Origin: a virus
Lineage: Duplodnaviria > Caudoviricetes
Direction: 5' to 3' (one strand)
IMG/VR virus record: IMGVR_UViG_3300016665_000018
Location: 1-39,095 of that record
Length of the DNA: 39,095 nt
Shown: in pieces, positions 17,943 through 26,231 of the stretch
How the letters are laid out: every line of letters begins with the position of its first letter
Numbering within the stretch: the first letter of the stretch is position 1
The notes under the pieces: model-generated
Databases searched by the model: none
What the model was told of the DNA's origin: nothing
The model's input: the letters and a program-made list of their open reading frames with translations, nothing else
Position numbers and translations under genes: made by a program

Positions 17943-18228
17943 CTACGCCTTCCCATTGACCTCTTTGTACCATAAGTCCTATTATGGCATAGTTTGCCAA
18001 ATCTTTTAGGGTATCCTCAATAGATTCGTAGTTCGGCGTGTTGGTTTTTCTATTGAACTTTAGATGTTCTAACCGTGCCATCTTGTCGTGCATCCTAACA
18101 ATGAGTCCGTTCATCGGACCACCAGGTGCACGAGCAATATTATATGGACCGTAGTCTTGGTGCTTATGCACCATAGTTACTTTTAGTTCCATAAGGATGT
18201 CATCTAGATACTTAGTGTCCTTCATCAA
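17920..18228 (-). CDS. Nucleotide modification-associated domain 1 (DUF1599-like) protein
   Basis: KHQDYG..VRMHDKMARL..ESIEDTLKDLANYAII. Confidence 0.8.
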   Translation of the reverse strand: MMKDTKYLDDILMELKVTMVHKHQDYGPYNIARAPGGPMNGLIVRMHDKMARLEHLKFNRKTNTPNYESIEDTLKDLANYAIIGLMVQRGQWEGVDEPRVSL

Positions 18229-18520
18229 GCACTCCCTTTAGCTCTTTGTCTAGGTTGAACATTGCATCCTGCACTAATACTTCTTCAATAACTTCTTCAC
18301 CATCACCCTGTGCTGATGCTACTAATACTGTAGCTAGTAGGGTGAGCAGCACTTTAGCTTTGTAAACATCCTTATCCATCTCTACATAGACATCCCGCAT
18401 AGCGGTAAGCAGGTCTAGTCCTTTGTTATCTGAGATAGGCAAGCCTAATATAAGTGGGTTTTCTAATATGTAATCCCATACTTGTTCGTTATCCAGCGAT
18501 ACATTTTCTGATTCGTTCAT
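18212..18520 (-). CDS. Hypothetical protein
   Basis: Overlaps its neighbours within the operon; acidic and helical. Confidence 0.65.
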   Translation of the reverse strand: MNESENVSLDNEQVWDYILENPLILGLPISDNKGLDLLTAMRDVYVEMDKDVYKAKVLLTLLATVLVASAQGDGEEVIEEVLVQDAMFNLDKELKGVLDEGH

Positions 18521-19118
18521 CTAACCAGCCCGCCCCTTCTTGTAGTACGACGCTGTTAACGTCCTGCCCTTCTGGCATTTGAATAATATTAACATTACCT
18601 AACTCACGACTTATCTTCTTGCCAAAGTCCAGCCCTGGATTATCACCATCTGCTAGCACAATGACTGTGTCAAAGTCGTCTAGTATCTTGCTGTAGTAAG
18701 GCTTCCAGTTGTTAGCACCTGGGATGCCTACGGCTGGATGACCTGTCTTGACTACTGTTGTGATGCAGTCAATCTCACCTTCGGTAACACAGATGTAGCC
18801 GTCTGCTGTTAGCACAGCTTGTGCATTGAACATAGTTGTCTTAGCTCCTGGCAGACCAATGTACTTAGGGTCTTCGCCGTGGATGCTACGGAAACGTAGG
18901 TCTACTACACCTGATGGTGTTGTGTAAGGGATAACCAGCTTACCCACGTAGCCTTCGTGCCCTGGCAATGGATTCGCCACTACTCCTAAATGAAACGTCC
19001 TTGCTTCGTCTACCGACAGACCCCGTGTTGCTAGATAGTCTGCTGCTAGATGAATGTGCTGGGCGTATTCTGTCGCTGCCTGTAGGAGAAATTGTCTCTG
19101 CGAATTTGACAGCCTCAC
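18489..19118 (-). CDS. DNA primase catalytic (Toprim) subunit
   Basis: YLATRGL, PKY, VTEGEIDC, LADGDNPG, DVN; own SD GGAGG before GTG. Confidence 0.9.
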   Translation of the reverse strand: MRLSNSQRQFLLQAATEYAQHIHLAADYLATRGLSVDEARTFHLGVVANPLPGHEGYVGKLVIPYTTPSGVVDLRFRSIHGEDPKYIGLPGAKTTMFNAQAVLTADGYICVTEGEIDCITTVVKTGHPAVGIPGANNWKPYYSKILDDFDTVIVLADGDNPGLDFGKKISRELGNVNIIQMPEGQDVNSVVLQEGAGWLDERIRKCIAG

Positions 19119-19332
19119 GGTAGTTACCTCCCTCTCTCTGCATAATTAAATCGTATACATCTCCACCAACGCCACATCCGTGGCATTTAAATCTGTTCTC
19201 GTCAAAGTTGATACCAGCAGAAGCGTGTTTGTCTGGGTGGAACGGACACTTTATCTTGCGCCAGCCGCTACCTCTAGCAGGTACGGCTGCGCCTATATAC
19301 TCTAGGTATGCAGCAATACTATGCTTTTCCAT
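18940..19332 (-). CDS. DNA primase CHC2 zinc-binding subunit
   Basis: CPFHPD..FKCHGCG..GD. Confidence 0.88.
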   Translation of the reverse strand: MEKHSIAAYLEYIGAAVPARGSGWRKIKCPFHPDKHASAGINFDENRFKCHGCGVGGDVYDLIMQREGGNYREAVKFAETISPTGSDRIRPAHSSSSRLSSNTGSVGRRSKDVSFRSSGESIARARRLRG

Positions 19333-19663
19333 CTACTTTCTTCAAGAGTGCTAGCCATACCGATGCTGGCATCGTGGCATACCACTGCCCTACGTCTCCT
19401 TTGCCTTTGCGTTTGTGGATAACAACACCAGTCCAAGCATTGTCATTCTTCATCTCTACTTCTAACTCTGCTAGCCAACCAGCAAGGTCCATCTTAGCGT
19501 GGTTCTTTATCTCAATGGTAACTCCTGGGATACCACTGACATCACCCTTGTCTAGGGTTGCACCAGCTAATCTGCGGTCTGCATATGGGTAGCCATTGGC
19601 TTTAAGCCAAGCTACTACATCTCGTTCTGCTCCGCTGCCCTTGCGTTTGGCTGCACTACTCAA
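19319..19663 (-). CDS. Holliday junction resolvase-like PD-(D/E)XK nuclease
   Basis: KRKGSGAERDV..DKGD..IEIKN. Confidence 0.8.
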   Translation of the reverse strand: MSSAAKRKGSGAERDVVAWLKANGYPYADRRLAGATLDKGDVSGIPGVTIEIKNHAKMDLAGWLAELEVEMKNDNAWTGVVIHKRKGKGDVGQWYATMPASVWLALLKKVDGKA

Positions 19664-19839
19664 TCGCCCACTTCTTCTTTCGCTATCTCATAAACCATAT
19701 CACTAATTTCTTTGTAAAGTTTATCGTTGTTATACAAAGAATCAACTATCATATCCCATTCAACATTATTAACTGTTCTACCAATTAGAACTTCTACATC
19801 TTCACGACTGAATGAACAGTCCCAAATCTTAGTTTCCAT
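19660..19839 (-). CDS. Small hypothetical protein
   Basis: Start re-called at METKIWD after SD AGGAGACTA. Confidence 0.6.
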   Translation of the reverse strand: METKIWDCSFSREDVEVLIGRTVNNVEWDMIVDSLYNNDKLYKEISDMVYEIAKEEVGD

Positions 19840-20647
19840 ACATAGTCTCCTGTGCATATTTGATTTGAACATCATCTAGATACATACTGTCAGGGTTGAA
19901 AGCTAGGCTGACATAGTTGTTACCTGTCTGGTCTGCTCGCCCATATCTGTTCTTGACTGGGGCTACACATAGATAGGTGTCATCACCCTGCTTCATCTGT
20001 CCGATAGTCAGAACCATTGCTGGTATCTGATTGACTAGACCCTGGATTGCACTGCGTGGCTGGCAAGGATAACCCTCTGAGCCTTCTTTGGTGTGGTGTA
20101 AAACTAATACTGCTGCATTGGTATCACGGGCTAAGTACTTTAGTTCCTTCATAGCAGAACGCATACCCTGAAATTCTTCGTGACCATCCATAGCAATATC
20201 CATTAGATTGTCTACGACAATTAGTGTTGGGCTTCTGCCCCATACAGTTTCAAATGCACTGACCTCATCATCTAAATCTTTAAGAGTGGGAGTTGATTCA
20301 AAGGACCAGAACAAATGATTGTTAAGTGTAAGTATTTCTTCTGCTTGTTGTGGCTCACGCTTGAGCATCTGCTCTGCTGCTGTTTGTGTAATACGACTAG
20401 ACATAGCTAGCAAACGCATTGCCATAGTATGAGCATTAGTATCTGCGCTGAAGTACAGCGTAGGAACCTTTGCTCTGGCTGCAATTGCCAGTGCAACTGA
20501 TGACTTACCTGCACCTGGAGTGCCAGCTACCATTGTAATTTCTGCACGGCGCAGGATAATTCCTGCTCGTTCAAATGCCGCAAAAGCGGGGGGCAATGGT
20601 TCGCCCCCCACCTCTGCTTTGTTAATGCTTCTTCTTAGAGTTCTCAA
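19829..20647 (-). CDS. DnaB-like SF4 helicase (RecA-fold domain only)
   Basis: Walker A GTPGAGKS, Walker B IVVD, LKYLAR..VLHH, VKNRYG. Confidence 0.88.
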   Translation of the reverse strand: MRTLRRSINKAEVGGEPLPPAFAAFERAGIILRRAEITMVAGTPGAGKSSVALAIAARAKVPTLYFSADTNAHTMAMRLLAMSSRITQTAAEQMLKREPQQAEEILTLNNHLFWSFESTPTLKDLDDEVSAFETVWGRSPTLIVVDNLMDIAMDGHEEFQGMRSAMKELKYLARDTNAAVLVLHHTKEGSEGYPCQPRSAIQGLVNQIPAMVLTIGQMKQGDDTYLCVAPVKNRYGRADQTGNNYVSLAFNPDSMYLDDVQIKYAQETMYGN

Positions 20648-20738
20648 CTGTTACCACCTGACCGCACCGTGTGCAATAGATTGTTTTGTTGACAAGCGAG
20701 CTCCAATAAGTATGCCCGAATAATTTGCAGAGCCACAT
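20622..20738 (-). CDS. DUF1660-like small Zn-binding protein (38 aa, not in ORF track)
   Basis: MWLCKLFGH..YCTRCG; ATG overlaps the upstream stop. Confidence 0.7.
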   Translation of the reverse strand: MWLCKLFGHTYWSSLVNKTIYCTRCGQVVTVENSKKKH

Positions 20739-21208
20739 TACTTAACTTGTTCAGCTACGAATGTGTTCCACTCTGGTGAACCTGCACGAACATATACGTT
20801 CTTGCACTTATCAAATGCACCCTTTGGTGCTGGGCAGAAGTAACCACGGTATGTCTTACCGTCTTTGCCTGTGCCTTGGATGGCTGTCATCTTTCCGTGA
20901 GGACAGTTCTTGCCACCTAATGATGGGGCTGCTGCTGGAGCAGATGGTGTTGACCAATTATCTGACGGAGTTGTGTCAACGATTGATGCGCCAAGCACTG
21001 CTGCTACTTGTGCTGGTGCCATAGCTGGTGCTGCTGGTGTAGTTACACCACGCACTGCGCCTTCTAGTTCTGTGACTGCAGACTTAACTGCATCTAGTGA
21101 TAGTGATACTAGCTGGTCTAGTTCATCACCGTGCTCTGCACGGATAGTTACTAATGAACCTGCTGGTGTTTTGACTGTGATACTGATTGGTGCTTCAGTG
21201 CTAGCCAC
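20738..21208 (-). CDS. Hypothetical protein with C-terminal Zn finger (possible recombination partner of the exonuclease)
   Basis: Pro/Ala linker then CPHG..YFC..C; lies between exonuclease and helicase. Confidence 0.65.
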   Translation of the reverse strand: MASTEAPISITVKTPAGSLVTIRAEHGDELDQLVSLSLDAVKSAVTELEGAVRGVTTPAAPAMAPAQVAAVLGASIVDTTPSDNWSTPSAPAAAPSLGGKNCPHGKMTAIQGTGKDGKTYRGYFCPAPKGAFDKCKNVYVRAGSPEWNTFVAEQVK

Positions 21209-21986
21209 TGATTTCTCCTTCTGTAAATGGAGTAGCTAAACCTTTTTTGTCTCGCCACTCTCTGACTTTCATTGCAAATTGTACACCCTTCCATCCTTCT
21301 TTAATATCAATCCATACTAATTTGCATAGACCAGTACCTGCAGGAAGATGGATGATGATGGCTTTATCTTTATTGATATCGCCCCAACTGCCACGGGTTG
21401 CCGTCGCAACATCGTATGGCAACCCGTTAGCATAGATAGCTAACTGCATAGCAATGTTGTTTGGGTGGTCAATCCGTCCAGTTTTAATATCAGCAATGAA
21501 CCGTTCACCGTTTAACTCAACAACTCTGTCTGGTGTTCCAGCTATTTTATACTTGTCAAGGACTGTGAACTGTTCTATGTAAATCTTATTTAGTTTTTTT
21601 GTAGCTTCCTCATAGGCTCGGATGTCCCCTGCCCACTCGCTTGGAACAGTACCAATGTCTTGTCCCAAATCTAATCGCTCAGTGAAAGCGTGAATAGCTG
21701 TGCCGATAGTTGCTGCACGGCTTGCACCTGCAACTTCCATAGCATCTTCTATGTATCTATTAATAGCCATCTTGTCATCTTGTGATGCGTTAATAGCTAG
21801 CAGCAGGTCGCTGCGAATTGTTAAACCAATCGCTGCCATACGCATCTTCCACGCTGTCAGCGCAGCAGGGTCATCTAAACTATTGGCAATAGTAGTAGCC
21901 CTTGTATATGCCATCGGCTTGCCACCTTTAGGTGGTGTAACTAACGGACGACCATATCTGTCCCGTTGTATTTCCGCTTTTGTCAT
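21201..21986 (-). CDS. PD-(D/E)XK exonuclease (RecB/Cas4-like)
   Basis: GTAIH, IE, AGTPDR, DIKTG, QLAIYA. Confidence 0.85.
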   Translation of the reverse strand: MTKAEIQRDRYGRPLVTPPKGGKPMAYTRATTIANSLDDPAALTAWKMRMAAIGLTIRSDLLLAINASQDDKMAINRYIEDAMEVAGASRAATIGTAIHAFTERLDLGQDIGTVPSEWAGDIRAYEEATKKLNKIYIEQFTVLDKYKIAGTPDRVVELNGERFIADIKTGRIDHPNNIAMQLAIYANGLPYDVATATRGSWGDINKDKAIIIHLPAGTGLCKLVWIDIKEGWKGVQFAMKVREWRDKKGLATPFTEGEISG

Positions 21987-22006
21987 TAGGTCCTTAAGTC
22001 TCCTTG

Positions 22007-22105
22007 TAAAAGAGGCGGGCTAGAAAGGAGACTAATCAAAACCAGCCCGCGCTCTGTGCTACAAGACTACCACGAAAGGCAAGTGGTAGTGATGGATTGC
22101 AGCAC
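22007..22105 (-). ncRNA. Candidate two-hairpin sRNA/terminator with anti-Shine-Dalgarno loops
   Basis: On the minus strand: GUGCUGCAA..ACUACCAC[UUGCCUUUC]GUGGUAGU.UUGUAGCAC, then GCGGGCUGG[UUUUGAUUAGUCUCCUUU]CUAGCCCGC-CUCUUUU; G.U pairs fix the strand. Confidence 0.6.
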
Positions 22106-22524
22106 TACTGCTGGGTTGTGTCGTTTACTTCCACATCCCAATCATCTAGTGAGCCATTGCCAAAGTCTAGGTCAACACTTAAGTTGCCCTCTACTATCTC
22201 ACGGGCTTCATCTTCTGACTCTGCTTCCAGGTCTGTGATAGTAAAGTTAATGGTGCCTGTAATTGTGAACAGTACCTTTAACTTTTCTGAACCAATAGAC
22301 TCAAGCAACTCATTGACATCATCTACTGTAGCTGTGATGGTGTCATCTGATGAATCATAACGGTCTTTAAAGAATTCATAGACCTTATCACGATTGCCAC
22401 TATACTTAACAAAGTAACTATTGCTTTGCTTCTTATAGTAGTCACGGTCTGTGATTGCATTCTTAATCATATCATCGGTGTACTTGGTAGTACTACCGTC
22501 TTCATTTGTGTGTAGGTATTCCAC
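22105..22524 (-). CDS. Acidic hypothetical protein
   Basis: Start re-called at GTG 22524 after SD AAGGAGACTA. Confidence 0.7.
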   Translation of the reverse strand: MEYLHTNEDGSTTKYTDDMIKNAITDRDYYKKQSNSYFVKYSGNRDKVYEFFKDRYDSSDDTITATVDDVNELLESIGSEKLKVLFTITGTINFTITDLEAESEDEAREIVEGNLSVDLDFGNGSLDDWDVEVNDTTQQ

Positions 22525-22534
22525 TATAGTCTCC

Positions 22535-22747
22535 TTATGCTGTATAGGACCAGCGATGGTTGTCATCTGCATACCGCTTAGCATCTTGCCAAGCAGTCTC
22601 CCCATAGAAATACTTAGGGGATTTATTAGGTACTTCTACTTTGTAGAAGAAACCATAATCAATGTCAGCAACATATACCTTAGCGGTTGGGTTGCTGTTT
22701 TCGTGTTGCTCCCATTTGGATACATCTCTTACTGATGGTCTTCTCAT
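22535..22747 (-). CDS. Hypothetical protein
   Basis: ATGA overlap; KYFYGETAWQDA. Confidence 0.7.
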   Translation of the reverse strand: MRRPSVRDVSKWEQHENSNPTAKVYVADIDYGFFYKVEVPNKSPKYFYGETAWQDAKRYADDNHRWSYTA

Positions 22748-23733
22748 ACTGTTAATAACTCCAATGCACGTAGCTTTAGATTATCTGAGCCACCTGACAT
22801 AGCCCTGACACCTGTGGCTGTGCCTTTGTCTTGCTTACCGTGGTCGGCATATTCAACAATAGATTGCCACAAACCAAAGGCTGTGCCTCTGATGTTTTCC
22901 TGCGTCGGGCTACTCTCATAGATAGCCCGCGCAGTATTGCGGGCTGTGACTGCACGAGTTAGCTGTGCTTTCTCACCCATACTGAGCAGATGATGAGGTG
23001 ATTCCTCAATGTGAGCTGGCAACGGAAATACTTTCTTGAAGTAATTAAGTGCGTGCTCACGTGCTATCTCTTTGTCTAGCAGATGGTTAGCTATATCTGA
23101 GTAAGCCTGAATGTTGTCATAGGTAAGCCCCATAATGTGACGTATCTCTGATACATCCAGCTTGCTATTACTGGTGTGCTTAAGTGTGTATGTGAACTTG
23201 TTCTTGCCCCGATAGATTTTGTTAATCTGATTAGAGCAGAACAGACGCTCAATGACTGGCTTGATAATGACTGAGCTGCTGCCATCGTGGCTGGTCTTAG
23301 CCAGGATAAAAGCTGCGTGTGGGTCATTGGCTACATTGATTTCATTAGGTAACTGCAACAACATCCACACCTTTGCGCCGCCATCATACTCACCAGCGGC
23401 TGCATATCTAGCCTCGCCAGAATCAATCAGTGTATCCAGCGCTGAGAATATCTCACCGTTCTGGAATATCTGATAGCGATTACCAACTACACCTATGTTG
23501 TCTACATTGCCGAAAGGTGTGGTCTTGATAACTGCCTGCTTGTTTCTGACTGGAATACTGATGGGCTGACCTGCGCCTGGGATTACATACTGCGCTGTCA
23601 TTGGATGCAGCGATACTGTCCAGTCAAGACCTGCTTGTCTGGCTACATCGCTAGCTGAGGTAGCTGTTACTGCTGTGCCTGACTTGTACCAGTTAGATAC
23701 ATTTTTAGCTGGCACTGTCAACGTGGTTGTCAT
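22744..23733 (-). CDS. DUF932 family (phage/plasmid-like, TIGR03299-type) protein
   Basis: AGLDWTV, GVVGNRY..QN, SHDGS, RLFCSN, KHT, GTAFGLWQSIVEYADH; SD AAGGAGAC. Confidence 0.88.
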   Translation of the reverse strand: MTTTLTVPAKNVSNWYKSGTAVTATSASDVARQAGLDWTVSLHPMTAQYVIPGAGQPISIPVRNKQAVIKTTPFGNVDNIGVVGNRYQIFQNGEIFSALDTLIDSGEARYAAAGEYDGGAKVWMLLQLPNEINVANDPHAAFILAKTSHDGSSSVIIKPVIERLFCSNQINKIYRGKNKFTYTLKHTSNSKLDVSEIRHIMGLTYDNIQAYSDIANHLLDKEIAREHALNYFKKVFPLPAHIEESPHHLLSMGEKAQLTRAVTARNTARAIYESSPTQENIRGTAFGLWQSIVEYADHGKQDKGTATGVRAMSGGSDNLKLRALELLTV

Positions 23734-24253
23734 ATGTCTCCTTGTCATAGATTCTTTCTAGTACTGCGCCGTGCAAATCTTCTGCCATCATACGCATTAT
23801 GCTTGAGTCCCAACCTGCTTCATATACTTGGTTAAGTAGTTGAGCTAGTGCATACTCTGGGTCAGTCTCAAATACTTTTGCAATTGTTTCTCTTGCTTCT
23901 TGTGGCATATCAAACTCATATAGATAAGATGATAAGACAGTAGCAAATGGAACTGCATACTCTTTGTCTAGCACTTCATTAAGAAGTGTTAGGTATGTAG
24001 CTACATTAGGTGATGGTTTCTCTGAGCGGACACCCATAAAGAAGTCACGCATTTGTAGATGTTCTTTGCAAGCTATTGCTACTTCTGCAATGTGCTTAGC
24101 TGTTGGAATAACTGGCTCATCTAGCTGCATACCGTCAATGAAGGTACGGATTTCTTCTACCAATCTAATATTGGTATCAGTATCTTCCCAGTTATATTTA
24201 ACTTTAGGTAGCTCAAGTGCTACGTCTACCTGTAATTGTCCTACTGTTGTCAT
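23705..24253 (-). CDS. DUF4192-like helical protein
   Basis: LQMRD..PFATVLSSYLY..DPEYALAQLL..G pattern; SD AAAGGAGACTAA. Confidence 0.6.
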   Translation of the reverse strand: MTTVGQLQVDVALELPKVKYNWEDTDTNIRLVEEIRTFIDGMQLDEPVIPTAKHIAEVAIACKEHLQMRDFFMGVRSEKPSPNVATYLTLLNEVLDKEYAVPFATVLSSYLYEFDMPQEARETIAKVFETDPEYALAQLLNQVYEAGWDSSIMRMMAEDLHGAVLERIYDKETYDNHVDSAS

Positions 24254-24283
24254 TGTTAGTCTCCTTTGTTGTTATGTTTGTGT

Positions 24284-24364
24284 GTGCTAGGTGGCACGAC
24301 TACGTCACTCTTACCCTTTTATCATTGAGGACCTAGCACTTTTCCTGGCTATACAAGCAGGAAA
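24284..24364. other. Two intergenic inverted repeats
   Basis: GTGCTAGGT/ACCTAGCAC (24284-24339) followed by TTTT on +; TTTCCTG/CAGGAAA (24340-24364). Confidence 0.5.
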
Positions 24365-24365
24365 T

Positions 24366-24800
24366 CTAATACCATCCGTTCTTGCGCCAATGCGCCCAAG
24401 CTACTGATGGTTTGCCGTAGCGATGTTGGATGTACTCCAAGCCACGAGCAATCTGCTCGGGCGCAGGAGTATCAGGTTTCATACCTAGTATCTGTGGGAT
24501 ACCAAATGCTGTTGACTTAGGGTTGTCTGCTGTGTGGTCCCACGCAGATTCTTTACCCCAAAGTTTTGCCAATGCACGGAACTCTGATGCTCCCCAAGTT
24601 TCATACTGCGCTGTAATTAGCGCCTTCGCATAGGATTTGCTCAAGGATTTCGTCCAGCGAATCTCCTTGCGTTCCTTCTTGGTTGGCTCGGTCTTGTCCT
24701 GCAATCTGTCTGCGACTGCTACTGCATATGATTGACTGGGATAGAGAGTGTATGACAGCGTCAATGCCCAGCTGAATAGCTTTGCTAACTTGGTCTTCAT
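24366..24800 (-). CDS. Lytic transglycosylase (SLT/lysozyme-like) with N-terminal signal/TM segment
   Basis: KESAW..ADNPKSTAFGIPQ..QIARGLEYIQHRYG..AWAHW..GWY. Confidence 0.85.
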   Translation of the reverse strand: MKTKLAKLFSWALTLSYTLYPSQSYAVAVADRLQDKTEPTKKERKEIRWTKSLSKSYAKALITAQYETWGASEFRALAKLWGKESAWDHTADNPKSTAFGIPQILGMKPDTPAPEQIARGLEYIQHRYGKPSVAWAHWRKNGWY

Positions 24801-24892
24801 TTAGTACTCCATCTGTATAGGCAATACCCAATTGCAATGAGGTAAAGCCAGGTGATACCTGTTGAGATGTGCGGAAAGATAGCTTCATTCAT
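24797..24892 (-). CDS. 31-aa membrane peptide (not in ORF track)
   Basis: MNEAIFPHISTGITWLYLIAIGYCLYRWSTK; SD GGAAGG; ATGA overlap with the SLT gene. Confidence 0.6.
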   Translation of the reverse strand: MNEAIFPHISTGITWLYLIAIGYCLYRWSTK

Positions 24893-24901
24893 AGTGCCTT
24901 C

Positions 24902-25375
24902 CTACCAGGATGATTGGTAATACAGACTGATGTCCTCGGGCAAGGATAGCACCTTGTTAATCTGTTTAATAGTATCTTCTAGCTCTGCCCAGTAGTACTC
25001 GTCTATGTCATTAGAGCCAAAGAAAAAACCAGCTACTCTTGGCAGTATGTCTGGGTCTTGGGTGTTGATTGCCTGTTGGCAAGCATCACGTAGGTCTGTT
25101 AAACCTCTGCGACTTACATAATACTCCTCGCAGTTGTCCTCACCAGCTTGCACATTATCCACAAACCAGCCGTGTATATGGTTGGCTTTTCTCCAGTATG
25201 CAACAGGGAATTGTATGGTTAGCCCGCAGTCTGCTGACTCACAAGCATCTTTAATATTGACCAGCTCTTTGACACTGTCTGCCAAGGGATTGGTCTTAAA
25301 CTTTCTTGCTTCATCGTCCCATTCTGTAATGCCAGTAATATATTTCTTGGCAAATAGATACATATCTAGTCCCAC
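24902..25375 (-). CDS. Conserved phage hypothetical protein (MGLDMYL..YWRKAN..YQSSW family)
   Basis: Recognisable motif family; SD AAGGAGACTAA. Confidence 0.85.
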   Translation of the reverse strand: MGLDMYLFAKKYITGITEWDDEARKFKTNPLADSVKELVNIKDACESADCGLTIQFPVAYWRKANHIHGWFVDNVQAGEDNCEEYYVSRRGLTDLRDACQQAINTQDPDILPRVAGFFFGSNDIDEYYWAELEDTIKQINKVLSLPEDISLYYQSSW

Positions 25376-25385
25376 GTTAGTCTCC

Positions 25386-25496
25386 TTACTTGATAGGTGC
25401 GTTGGCTATTAAATCTTCTACGACTTCGTTAAGTCTATTTACTTCTACAATAAGGCTGTCAAGCCATTGGCATATCTCTTGCAAATCATTACTCAC
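25386..25496 (-). CDS. 36-aa amphipathic helical peptide (not in ORF track)
   Basis: MSNDLQEICQWLDSLIVEVNRLNEVVEDLIANAPIK; SD AGGAGACTAA. Confidence 0.65.
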   Translation of the reverse strand: MSNDLQEICQWLDSLIVEVNRLNEVVEDLIANAPIK

Positions 25497-25497
25497 T

Positions 25498-25635
25498 TTA
25501 GTCTCCTATCCTAATTTCATCTAGCTGTATGTTGCAGTTGTCGCAGTAATATTGCTGCTCATTAAGTGTCTGATACTCACACTTCGGGCAAGACCAGGCA
25601 TAACCGTGCAGCTTGCCATCTTGTAGTAGCCACAT
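25498..25635 (-). CDS. 45-aa Zn-ribbon protein (not in ORF track)
   Basis: CPKC..CDNC; fills the intergenic gap. Confidence 0.65.
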   Translation of the reverse strand: MWLLQDGKLHGYAWSCPKCEYQTLNEQQYYCDNCNIQLDEIRIGD

Positions 25636-25636
25636 A

Positions 25637-25765
25637 CTATGCGCCTATCTTGGCAAAGGCACAGGTTTGGCATAGGTAATAGTCATACTCGTTCTTGTCA
25701 TCAACTGGAATCACTAGGTCCCAGTCACATTTCTGACAGGTTGCGTTGAAATATTTACTAGTCAT
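25637..25765 (-). CDS. 42-aa Zn-ribbon protein
   Basis: Start re-called at MTSKYF; CQKC..CQTC. Confidence 0.65.
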   Translation of the reverse strand: MTSKYFNATCQKCDWDLVIPVDDKNEYDYYLCQTCAFAKIGA

Positions 25766-25979
25766 TGTAGATTTCCTCTCGGTCTTGACCAAAGGTTTCT
25801 TCCCAACATTTGGGGTGCATACCACTAATTATCTGCTCTCGTAGTGGCACTGTCAATGATTTGAAAGCTGTGGCTACAAATTCTCCACGCAGATAGGTGA
25901 ACAACTCGTTCTCATCTACTGTTACTGTGCCTGTCTTGAAGCAGACTGGGCATCTGCGGGTAGCAAATACTGTCATCAT
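25758..25979 (-). CDS. Small Zn-binding protein
   Basis: CPVC..REQIISGMHPKCW; SD AGAAAGGG. Confidence 0.75.
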   Translation of the reverse strand: MMTVFATRRCPVCFKTGTVTVDENELFTYLRGEFVATAFKSLTVPLREQIISGMHPKCWEETFGQDREEIYND

Positions 25980-26131
25980 CGGCGGGCTGCCCTTTCTGTT
26001 TTTAATAGCCTGACTGTTGCTCTGTATTCACGTTCCCATTTACGGGCAGAACGGAATAGGATTACATTTATAAACATCTGTGATAATAAAGCAATACTGA
26101 TAGCAATTAAATCTAATTCATTGAAAATCAT
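25976..26131 (-). CDS. 51-aa single-pass membrane protein (not in ORF track)
   Basis: MIFNELDLIAISIALLSQMFINVILF plus basic tail; ATGA overlap. Confidence 0.65.
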   Translation of the reverse strand: MIFNELDLIAISIALLSQMFINVILFRSARKWEREYRATVRLLKTERAARR

Positions 26132-26176
26132 TTGGTTGACTCGTTCCTGTCCACGGATTACCCGTCTGCGCCTGGC

Positions 26177-26224
26177 AAAAAAAGGGAAGGTGAGCTAGCC
26201 GAGCCGAAGCCCGACTAGCCCACC
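26177..26224 (-). terminator. Intrinsic terminator with cUUCGg loop
   Basis: GGTGGGCTAGTCGGGC-TTCG-GCTCGGCTAGCTCACC-TTCCCTTTTTTT on the minus strand. Confidence 0.88.
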
Positions 26225-26231
26225 GAGTGAC

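Noticed and set aside
18940-19145. Programmed frameshift fusing the primase halves
   Set aside because: No clear slippery heptamer, and the Toprim ORF has its own well-spaced SD and GTG; not fully excluded
24601-24888. 95-aa minus-strand ORF in the track
   Set aside because: Better explained by the 31-aa TM peptide plus the SLT gene, joined by an ATGA overlap
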